Source: Candidatus Aminicenantales bacterium (lineage in GTDB: Bacteria > Acidobacteriota > Aminicenantia > Aminicenantales > UBA4085). Taken from it: DNA of 64,000 nucleotides. The DNA lies in NCBI GenBank assembly GCA_049515535.1, contig JBEKTZ010000004.1, positions 124,001-188,000 on the forward strand, given 5' to 3'. The position numbers were made by a program, and so were the translations under genes. Each line of letters starts with the position of its first letter. Position 1 is the first letter of the stretch. The notes under the pieces are model-generated. The model made no database searches. It saw nothing but the letters and a program-made list of their open reading frames with translations, and was not told the origin of the DNA. Positions 1 through 7,550 of the stretch are shown piece after piece.

Positions 1-2
1 AC

Positions 3-2063
3 AAAAGAGCGCTTTACGCGACTTATGACGTCGCACGGCTCGTCCGTCCCGGCGCCAACGCGGTCGCCGTCATTCTCGGCCACGGCTGGTTCAAGTCGAG
101 AGCGCTCCTCGTCCAGATTTCGGTGGAGTCGGCCGTCGGGAAAAACCTGACCCTAGTCAGCGATGAATCGTGGAAGATCGCCGACGGCCCCATCGTGGCG
201 GATAGCATCTATAACGGCGAAACCTATGACGCGCGCCTCGAAACAGCGGGCTGGGACAGGGCCGGTTTCGACGATGGCGCCTGGAAAAAAGCCGAGATCG
301 TGCCGGGGCCGAAAGGCGTTCTATCAGCCCAGATGATGCCGCCGATCAGGATCATGGACACCCTCGTCCCGCTCAAGATGACGAATCCGATGCCGGGCGT
401 ATATGTCTTCGATATGGGCCAGAATTTCAGCGGATGGGCGCGGCTCCGCGCCAGCGGGCCTCGCGGCACGGCCGTCAGGATGCGGTTCGCGGAAATGCTC
501 TATGACGACGGCACGATCAATCAGGAGAACCTGCGGGGCGCCAGGGCTGAAGATGTGTACATCCTCAAGGGTGGGGGCGAGGAAGTCTATGAACCGCGCT
601 TCACGTATCACGGCTTCCGGTACCTCGAATTGTCGGGGTTTCCCGGCGTACCGACGGCGGATACGATCCGAGGCCGGGTCGTTCGTTCGGGCGTCAAACA
701 AATCGGCTCGTTCGCCTCTTCGAAGCCGGTTTTGAACGGCCTCCAACGGATCATCACCTGGGGGCAAAAAACCAATCTTCACAGTATCCCGACGGACTGC
801 GCTCAGCGCGACGAGCGCATGGGCTGGATGGGCGACGCCCAGGGCACGGCCGAGGAGGCGTTGTTGAATTTCGACATGGCCGCGTTCTACACGAATTTCA
901 TCCGCGACATTCGCGACGTCCAGGATGAGGCGGGAACGATCACGGACACCGTCCCCTATATCTGGGGCAGCCGTCCGGCCGACCCGGCCTGGGGCACCGC
1001 TTATCCCTTGTTGTGCTGGTATATGTATCAATATTACGGCGATACGCGGATCCTCGAGGAGCAATTCGAGGGCTTGAGGAAATACGTCGAGTTTCTGCGG
1101 TCGAAAGCCGAAAACGGGCTCGTGAAATACAGCTATTACGGCGACTGGGTCGCGGTCGACAAGACGCCGGGGAACATCGTCTCGTCGTTTTATTATTATT
1201 ATGACGTCAAAATCCTGGCCGACGCGGCCAGGGTCCTGGGAAAGGAAACCGAGGCCAAGACCTACGGCCAACTCGCCGAGGACATCAAAGCGGCCTTTCA
1301 CAAGGAATATTACGACCCTAAATCCGGAAATTACGCCAACGGCACGCAGACAGCCAACGCCCTGGCCCTTTTCCTTGAGCTGGCGCCCGGGAACGCCCGC
1401 GGCTCGGCTTGGGGAAATCTTTTCGATAACCTCGCCTATAAAAACAATTCCCATTTAACGACCGGCATCATCGGGACGAAGTACATCATGGAGGTCTTGA
1501 CGAGATTCGGCAATTCCGACCTGGCCTATGACGTCGCGACCCAGACGACGTATCCGAGCTGGGGTTATATGATCGAGAACGGAGCCACGACCCTTTGGGA
1601 GCTCTGGCAGCGCAGGGAAGGCCCGTCCATGAACTCCCATAATCATCCGATGTTCGGGAGCGTGGGATCATGGCTCTACAAAGCCCTGGCCGGAATCAAC
1701 ATCGATCCGCGGGCGGTCGGCTTCGAAAAGATCCGGATTCAGCCGCAGATGGTCCGCGATCTTAAATACGCGTCCGGATCGGTGGACACTTTAAGGGGGA
1801 GGGTCTTGTCCGCCTGGAAGCGCGGGGATAAGAGCGTTTCTCTGGAAGTGATCATTCCTGCGGGAAGTGAGGCCGAGATCGTCCTGCCGAAATTCAACCT
1901 GCAAGACGTCGTGGTCAAAGAAGGCGGCAGAGTCATCTGGTCCCAGAAAAAACAGGCTTCTGTCGTGCCGGGGATCATCGAGGTCCAAGAGCCCGCCGAC
2001 GCTGCGGCCGTGATCATCAAAGTCGGTTCGGGAAGGTATATGTTCGAACTGTCCGGAAATTGA
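3..2063 (+). CDS. Alpha-L-rhamnosidase, GH78 family (5'-truncated by the window edge)
   Basis: The frame is open back to position 3 (KRALYATYDVARLVRPGANAVAVILGHGW). GH78 motifs: DMGQNFSGW, PRFTYHGFRY, PTDCAQRDERMGWMGD, GATTLWELW, SHNHPMFG. Confidence 0.9.
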   Translation, partial: KRALYATYDVARLVRPGANAVAVILGHGWFKSRALLVQISVESAVGKNLTLVSDESWKIADGPIVADSIYNGETYDARLETAGWDRAGFDDGAWKKAEIVPGPKGVLSAQMMPPIRIMDTLVPLKMTNPMPGVYVFDMGQNFSGWARLRASGPRGTAVRMRFAEMLYDDGTINQENLRGARAEDVYILKGGGEEVYEPRFTYHGFRYLELSGFPGVPTADTIRGRVVRSGVKQIGSFASSKPVLNGLQRIITWGQKTNLHSIPTDCAQRDERMGWMGDAQGTAEEALLNFDMAAFYTNFIRDIRDVQDEAGTITDTVPYIWGSRPADPAWGTAYPLLCWYMYQYYGDTRILEEQFEGLRKYVEFLRSKAENGLVKYSYYGDWVAVDKTPGNIVSSFYYYYDVKILADAARVLGKETEAKTYGQLAEDIKAAFHKEYYDPKSGNYANGTQTANALALFLELAPGNARGSAWGNLFDNLAYKNNSHLTTGIIGTKYIMEVLTRFGNSDLAYDVATQTTYPSWGYMIENGATTLWELWQRREGPSMNSHNHPMFGSVGSWLYKALAGINIDPRAVGFEKIRIQPQMVRDLKYASGSVDTLRGRVLSAWKRGDKSVSLEVIIPAGSEAEIVLPKFNLQDVVVKEGGRVIWSQKKQASVVPGIIEVQEPADAAAVIIKVGSGRYMFELSGN

Positions 2064-2066
2064 TAA

Positions 2067-2157
2067 TCAATCGATCACGATCTCGTCGATGAAAAGCCAG
2101 GCTTTTCCTCCGGCGCCCTTATGCCACGGAGGGCAGCGAAGCGCGCTTTTGGTCTTG
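2067..2157 (-). pseudogene. 3' remnant of a carbohydrate-active protein C-terminal module (CPPWHKGAGGKAWLFIDEIVID)
   Basis: The last ~25 codons of ORF 2067..2393 resemble the 'PxWHxGAGGKAWxFxDEI' ending seen on GH20/GH92-type enzymes (recalled family pattern). The upstream part is AT-richer and does not look like coding sequence. Confidence 0.55.
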
Positions 2158-2576
2158 CTCCTTCGTTGGCCATCTTCGTAATGTTGACATCGATTCACGG
2201 CCGGGATTTTCCTTTTCACATGAAGTGCGGTCTCGATTCTGAGCATAACGCGACGATCCCTTACATTTAGATCTGAATCGGTACCGCCCTTCATATGAAT
2301 TGCCGCTTCGAGTCTGTTTTGTTTTGATCGTCCGTACTCGCATAAAAAAGCATTTGAATTTGACAAGCCCATTAAATCACATCCAAGAACCATGCTAAAT
2401 CTCCCTTATTCCACAATAAGCCCGGATCAACGCCTCTCCGCTGAACGATGCTTTCGGAGAATCGTGTAGAATCTTGACCGGAACAAGCCGGAAATTCGCC
2501 AGACGTTATTAATATATCCGCCTTCCAATGACATGATGAAGACATTCTCAGCGTGATCATCCATCTCCCAAAAAGA

Positions 2577-2611
2577 TGACAATAATTGTCATATAGTGAC
2601 ATTATATGTTA
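2577..2611 (+). promoter_or_regulatory. Tandem dyad sites, candidate enhancer for a sigma-54 activator
   Basis: TGACA-ATAAT-TGTCA (2577-2591) and TGACA-TTATA-TGTTA (2597-2611), 20 bp apart, ~75-110 bp upstream of the -24 box, followed by a very AT-rich tract. Confidence 0.55.
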
Positions 2612-2684
2612 ACTCTTGTTGACCTAATTTTAGGGGGAATATTTTTTATAATGTTTATTATAAATGAGTTATATATTTTTAAAC

Positions 2685-2701
2685 TTGGCATGATGATTGC
2701 A
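2685..2701 (+). promoter_or_regulatory. Sigma-54 (-24/-12) promoter of the pilin gene
   Basis: TTGGCATGATGATTGCA = TGGCA-N6-TTGCA, with exact GG-N10-GC spacing. Confidence 0.8.
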
Positions 2702-2778
2702 TATGAATAGAGTGCAATGCAATTTTAAAAAGCTCATTGTTGGAATATAAAGCGACAACAAGGGGAGGAGGTTTTAAA

Positions 2779-3306
2779 GTGCTTAAGAAACAAAAGGGTT
2801 TCACGTTGATCGAACTGCTCATCGTGGTCGCGATCATCGGAATCCTGGCCGCCCTGCTCATCCCCAACGCCGCCAACGCCCTGCAGAAAGCCAAGGTGAG
2901 GGGCACTCAGAAGGATCTCAGCACCATCGCCACGTGGATCCAGGATTACATCACGGACAGGGGCACCCCGTTCGTGAACAACGGCGGCGTCTCGACGGCC
3001 ATGAACACCGCCCTGGTCCCGATGTACACCAAGGTTCTCCCCACCAAAGATCAGTGGGGCACCGGGTTCAAGATCTACACGGGCACCAACGTCAACAGCA
3101 ACTACGGGATTTCGGGAGGCGCGTCGGACGATTTCCTGGTCGCTTCCTACGGACGCGGCGGCGCGCTCGAGAGCTGGACGTACAATACGGCCACCCCTGA
3201 AGCCGGCCTGTACTCGATCTCCACTTCGGCCGACTTCGACAAGGACCTGATCAGCTTCAACGGCATGTTCATCCGCAGTCCCAGAGCCGGCGTCTCCAGT
3301 TCTTAA
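2779..3306 (+). CDS. Prepilin-type major pilin/pseudopilin (class III signal peptide, GspG-like C-terminal features)
   Basis: GTG start after GGAGGAGG; MLKKQKG|FTLIELLIVVAIIGILAALLIP with E5 and P22; KDQWG and SYGRGG motifs; no Cys. Confidence 0.9.
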   Translation: MLKKQKGFTLIELLIVVAIIGILAALLIPNAANALQKAKVRGTQKDLSTIATWIQDYITDRGTPFVNNGGVSTAMNTALVPMYTKVLPTKDQWGTGFKIYTGTNVNSNYGISGGASDDFLVASYGRGGALESWTYNTATPEAGLYSISTSADFDKDLISFNGMFIRSPRAGVSSS

Positions 3307-3334
3307 GACCCCCGCTCAAACCTGATCCCCCTCC

Positions 3335-3374
3335 AAGGGCGATACGAGACGGCTCGTATCGCCCTTTTTCTTTT
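3335..3374 (+). terminator. Intrinsic terminator of the pilin gene
   Basis: AAGGGCGATACGAG-ACGG-CTCGTATCGCCCTT (14-bp stem) followed by a T-rich tract. Confidence 0.85.
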
Positions 3375-3580
3375 ATTCTCGTTGTCCGCCGGGCCGTTCG
3401 AGAATCCCGGAAACGCTGCCCACCTTCCGCTCTTTCGGAAAAATCATTCGGCGAAGCTTAATTTCTTATGAAAAAACGGATTCCATCGTTTCATCGGGGG
3501 GCCAAAATGAGCCACGGAACTAGCGTTTCCTTATCTTAAGCGATCCTGCTGTGATATTATCATTCTATATATTTGTTGAA

Positions 3581-3784
3581 CTCGGCGTTATCGTCGTCAT
3601 CCGGACCTTTGGAAACCGCATCAATTTCCACCCGCATCTGCATTTTCTGGTAACCGAGGGCGGGGTGGATGAGGCGGGTGTCTTCCAGAGGATGAGCGCG
3701 TTTGACAACGTGCGGCCGGCCGAGGTCTTTGCTCGGGAGGTGCTGGGATTTCTTGTCGGCCGGGAGCTGCTGAATCCGGAGTGA
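3581..3784 (+). mobile_element. IS91-family (Y2/HUH) transposase fragment
   Basis: GVIVVIRTFGNRINFHPHLHFLVTEGG contains the TFG...HPHxH...GG signature. Only ~65 codons remain, ending at TGA. Confidence 0.75.
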
Positions 3785-3926
3785 ATTCCGCGTCTCACTC
3801 AATAATCCCGATCCCAGAGGAACAAGTTCTATCGGCAATTTCGGGTCAAATCCGAAGAAGGCGGACCCGTCCGCTCCGAAACCCGTTTTCCTCAGATAAG
3901 AAAACCGGGAACATGTTTTCGAATTC

Positions 3927-3935
3927 TGTTATAAT
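3927..3935 (+). promoter_or_regulatory. Extended -10 promoter (TGTTATAAT) 7 nt upstream of the nadC ATG
   Basis: Perfect TGnTATAAT; no SD sequence between it and ATG 3943. Confidence 0.6.
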
Positions 3936-3942
3936 TTTAACC

Positions 3943-4833
3943 ATGACGACAAGAGAGATCGACGCCCTCATTACGACCGCCCTGGGCGAGGACTTGCCGG
4001 ACGGAGATATCACGTCGGAAAATCTCATCTCCTCAAAAACGCTTTCGCGGGCAGTGCTCGTCGCCAAGCAGGCCGGGGTGCTGGCGGGGATCGATATCGC
4101 CCGCCGAGTTTTCCGGAAGCTCGATCCGCGGACCTCGTTCAAGCAATGCCTCGGCGATGGGAACGCCTTCCGGCGCGGCGACGTCCTGGCCGAGATCGAG
4201 GGGAGGGCCGTCGTCCTGTTGAAAGGGGAGAGGACGGCGCTGAATTTTCTCCAGCGCCTGTCCGGCATCGCCACGACGACGCGCGGATTCGTCGATGCCG
4301 TAGCCGGAACGAAAGCCCGGATCCTGGATACGCGCAAGACGACGCCCGGCCTCCGCGCCCTCGAAAAATACGCCGTGAAGATGGGCGGAGGCGAAAACCA
4401 CCGTCTCAACCTGTCGACCATGGTCCTGATCAAGGACAATCATCTCATACTCATCGGCGATATCGGCGGCGCCGTCCGGAAGGTCCGGGATAAAATCAAG
4501 CGCGGCGTCCTGATCGAGGTCGAAGTCGTGACGTTTAGCCAAGCCCGGGCCGCCGTCGAAGGCGGGGCGGACTGGATCATGCTCGATAACATGCCGCTCC
4601 CGCGGATGAAAAAGATCGTGGACTGGAACGCGGGCCGGGCGAAGATCGAAGCCTCCGGCAACATCGGGTTGGACACCGTCCGGAAGATCGCCGATCTCGG
4701 GGTCGACTATATTTCCGTGGGCAAGCTCACGCATTCTTATGCTTCCGTCGATCTCAGCCTCGAATTTTTAGGTTTGCTCCCCCGCCATATCGATCGCGCG
4801 GACATAAAAGTTCCTTTAAGGAAAACGCCATGA
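3943..4833 (+). CDS. nadC: Nicotinate-nucleotide pyrophosphorylase (quinolinate phosphoribosyltransferase)
   Basis: ED...GDIT, ERTALNFLQRLSGIAT, DTRKTTPG, HR, IKDNH, IMLDNM, EASG. Start reassigned to ATG 3943. Confidence 0.95.
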   Translation: MTTREIDALITTALGEDLPDGDITSENLISSKTLSRAVLVAKQAGVLAGIDIARRVFRKLDPRTSFKQCLGDGNAFRRGDVLAEIEGRAVVLLKGERTALNFLQRLSGIATTTRGFVDAVAGTKARILDTRKTTPGLRALEKYAVKMGGGENHRLNLSTMVLIKDNHLILIGDIGGAVRKVRDKIKRGVLIEVEVVTFSQARAAVEGGADWIMLDNMPLPRMKKIVDWNAGRAKIEASGNIGLDTVRKIADLGVDYISVGKLTHSYASVDLSLEFLGLLPRHIDRADIKVPLRKTP

Positions 4834-6404
4834 CGACCAATCGCCGTCTCGAAACCGACGTCCTCGTAATCGGCTGCGGGATCGCCGGGGCGAGCGCGGC
4901 TCTTGCGGCGGCCAAGGAAGGTTTGCGCGTCGTCGTCATCAGCAAGAATTCCGCCCTCGAACAATCCAACACGTTTTATGCCCAGGGCGGCATTGTCTCG
5001 CTCGGTCCGGATGACGACCCGGAACTTCTGAAAGACGACATCATCAAGGCCGGGGACGGGATCAACAACCCCGATGCCGTCGAGATCCTGGCCCGCGAAA
5101 GCAAGGCTCTCGTCGAAAACATCCTGATCGGAGAGCTGAAAATCGCTTTCACGCGCAACTCCCCGGGACATCTTGATTACGCCCAAGAGGCGGGCCATTC
5201 CCGCCGGCGCATCCTTCATATCAAGGACACGACGGGTGAAACCATCGAGGAGAAATTCCTCGGGGCCTTGAAAAAATATCCGAACGTCATGCTGCTGAAC
5301 GCGCATACCGCTGTCGACCTTCTCACGGTGCCGCATCATTCCAAGAACCCGATTGCCTACTATCGCAGGCCGCAGTGCATCGGAGCCTATGTCCTCGACA
5401 ACGCGGCGAATACCGTCATGTCCATCTTCGCCGGCCGCACGATCCTGGCGACGGGAGGGTGTGGCGCAGTGTATTTGCATACGTCGAACCCGAAAGATTC
5501 CATCGGCGAGGGATATGCCATGGCCCATTGGGCGGGCGCCCGCATCGTCAACATGGAGTATATCCAATTTCATCCGACGACGCTCTATCACCGCGATGCG
5601 GACAGCTTCCTCATCAGCGAGACCGTCCGCGGGGAAGGGGCCCGGCTCAAGACGAGGGAAGGCCGGACGTTCATGGAGAAGTACAGCGACCAAAAGGACC
5701 TGGCGCCGAGGGACGAGGTCGCCCGGGCCATCTATGAAGAAATGATCAACAGCAACTCCGAAAATGTCGTCCTCGACCTGGCGTCTTACGCGAAGGTGGA
5801 TATCCGGAAGAGGTTCCCGAACATTTACAAAACCTGCAAGCGATACGGCATCGACATCACCAAGGAGCCGATCCCCGTGGTTCCGGCCGCGCATTACTGC
5901 TGCGGCGGAGTCCTCGCGGACGGCTGGGGCAAGACGACGCTCGAAGGCCTTTACGCGGTCGGCGAAGTCTCCTGCACCGGTCTTCACGGCGCCAACCGCC
6001 TGGCTTCGACGTCACTCCTCGAAGGCCTGGTCTGGGGAACGCGGGCGGCCCGCCAGATCGCCGAGCGCTTCGATCCGACGATTTCCTACAGGGCTTCCGA
6101 CATCCACGATTGGTATTATCCCGAAGTCGAGGAGGCGATCGACCCGGCGTTGATCAACCAGGATTGGCTGACCATTCGGACGACGATGTGGAATTACGCT
6201 GGCATCATCCGAACCCGGAAAAGGCTCGAGCGGGCCAACTCCGATCTGGAATATCTCAAGCACCGGATCGAAAAGTTCTACAAAGAGGCGGCCATGGACA
6301 TCAAGATCGTCGGTCTCAAGCACGGCATCCAAGTCGCTCTCATGATCACCCATGCCGCTCTGGCCAATCCCGTGAGCCTGGGCGCGCATTATTTAAAGGC
6401 CTGA
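4830..6404 (+). CDS. nadB: L-aspartate oxidase
   Basis: GCGIAG FAD motif, AQGGI, GHSRRRILH, QFHPT, LISETVRGEG, LAPRDEVAR, GLHGANRLASTSLLEG; ATGA overlap with nadC. Confidence 0.95.
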   Translation: MTTNRRLETDVLVIGCGIAGASAALAAAKEGLRVVVISKNSALEQSNTFYAQGGIVSLGPDDDPELLKDDIIKAGDGINNPDAVEILARESKALVENILIGELKIAFTRNSPGHLDYAQEAGHSRRRILHIKDTTGETIEEKFLGALKKYPNVMLLNAHTAVDLLTVPHHSKNPIAYYRRPQCIGAYVLDNAANTVMSIFAGRTILATGGCGAVYLHTSNPKDSIGEGYAMAHWAGARIVNMEYIQFHPTTLYHRDADSFLISETVRGEGARLKTREGRTFMEKYSDQKDLAPRDEVARAIYEEMINSNSENVVLDLASYAKVDIRKRFPNIYKTCKRYGIDITKEPIPVVPAAHYCCGGVLADGWGKTTLEGLYAVGEVSCTGLHGANRLASTSLLEGLVWGTRAARQIAERFDPTISYRASDIHDWYYPEVEEAIDPALINQDWLTIRTTMWNYAGIIRTRKRLERANSDLEYLKHRIEKFYKEAAMDIKIVGLKHGIQVALMITHAALANPVSLGAHYLKA

Positions 6405-6463
6405 GATCTCGTTGTCCGCCATTCCTCCGCCTTGGCTCGAATGGCGGGAAGATCGAAAAGAAT

Positions 6464-7309
6464 TCAGAATCTGATCTTCAAGCCGGCCATAGCCGATATC
6501 CCCGATAGATTGATCGAGCCCTTGCGGATATTGGAGAACAAGATATCAGAGGGCTGCGTTTTCGAAAATGCGATCCGGGGATAGTCCCTTCCTCCGGCGC
6601 CGATGTCGTAACACCAGAAAACTCGGCCTCGTCCTTGTTCGCGCCAACTGACGAGGAGCGTGTCGACTTGATCGGTCCAATCGCCGGTCGGATCGGAGAT
6701 CCGAGCCAACCGGCCTTCGGCCTGAACGACGAGTCCCAGGACGGAATTCATCTGGAATTCCAGCCCGATCCCTCCTTGGCCTCCGACGACGCCCTTTTGC
6801 GCTTTGAACGTCGTCGTCTCTTCATAGCCGAAGAAATTCGATGTCAACGTCCCTTCATGTTGGAAACTCGCTATGTAATATCCTGGTCCGCCGTAGATGT
6901 CGATGACGAACGGCCCGCCCAACGGTAGGGCATAATGGAGGTTGAGGCTCAGCGGGACGATGCTGAGAGTGGGCTTATAGCTTTCCTCTTCGGAAAAATC
7001 CCACCACTCGTAGCCGAACGCGCTCTGCCGGGAAGCCCGGATATATCCAACGCCCAGGCCGATGCCGAAGCGAGGGTCAAGCGCGACGATGACCTCTCCT
7101 CCGAAATGCAGGCCGAGATGAAAGGCATGATATTGGCCCGACACGCCGGAGAAATTGTCGCTGTAATATTCGTAAGCGCCCCGGACCCCTTGATTGTAGT
7201 CGCTGTCCAATAAATAGATCATTCCTCCTGTGAGCTTGAGGGAGACGGCCGCGGACGCCGAGCCCACGAGGATGATGAGGACCACGCCAAAGATCCCAAT
7301 CTTTTTCAT
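6464..7309 (-). CDS. Outer-membrane beta-barrel protein of unknown function
   Basis: Signal peptide ending ASA; alternating Gly/aromatic strands (GIGLGVGY, LNLHY, GIGLEF); C-terminal GLKIRF. Confidence 0.75.
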   Translation of the reverse strand: MKKIGIFGVVLIILVGSASAAVSLKLTGGMIYLLDSDYNQGVRGAYEYYSDNFSGVSGQYHAFHLGLHFGGEVIVALDPRFGIGLGVGYIRASRQSAFGYEWWDFSEEESYKPTLSIVPLSLNLHYALPLGGPFVIDIYGGPGYYIASFQHEGTLTSNFFGYEETTTFKAQKGVVGGQGGIGLEFQMNSVLGLVVQAEGRLARISDPTGDWTDQVDTLLVSWREQGRGRVFWCYDIGAGGRDYPRIAFSKTQPSDILFSNIRKGSINLSGISAMAGLKIRF

Positions 7310-7419
7310 GAGCGCACTCCTTGATGGATATTAATGTACCAGTTTTTCTCGTCATTATCCAGGAGGGGATGCGACGGCCCGCGCTCTCCGGGCCAGACCG
7401 TAGGTCAGTTCTGGGCTAT

Positions 7420-7447
7420 TTGACATTTCGGGAGATAAAGATAAAAT
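7420..7447 (+). promoter_or_regulatory. Sigma-70 promoter of the ileS operon
   Basis: TTGACA-N16-TAAAAT. Confidence 0.65.
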
Positions 7448-7463
7448 AAGTTGTTTTATCAGA

Positions 7464-7530
7464 AGCCGTTGGCCATCATGGGTTGCTCGCACCGCGGTCG
7501 GCCCATGGGAATTGAGGTTCCGCCACGGCT
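7464..7530 (+). ncRNA. Putative structured 5' leader RNA (three-way junction) upstream of ileS
   Basis: P1 7464-7473/7522-7530, P2 7477-7484/7500-7507, P3 7508-7512/7517-7521, paired by eye. Confidence 0.4.
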
Positions 7531-7550
7531 CGCGTCCCACGGAGTTTACT

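Noticed and set aside
2779..3306. Electrically conductive (e-pilus) pilin
   Set aside because: Mature positions 24, 27 and 32 are A, A and K, and there is no aromatic residue between F1 and W46.
7464..7530. T-box riboswitch upstream of ileS
   Set aside because: No UGGNACC antiterminator bulge, no stem I signature and no terminator; kept only as an unclassified structure.
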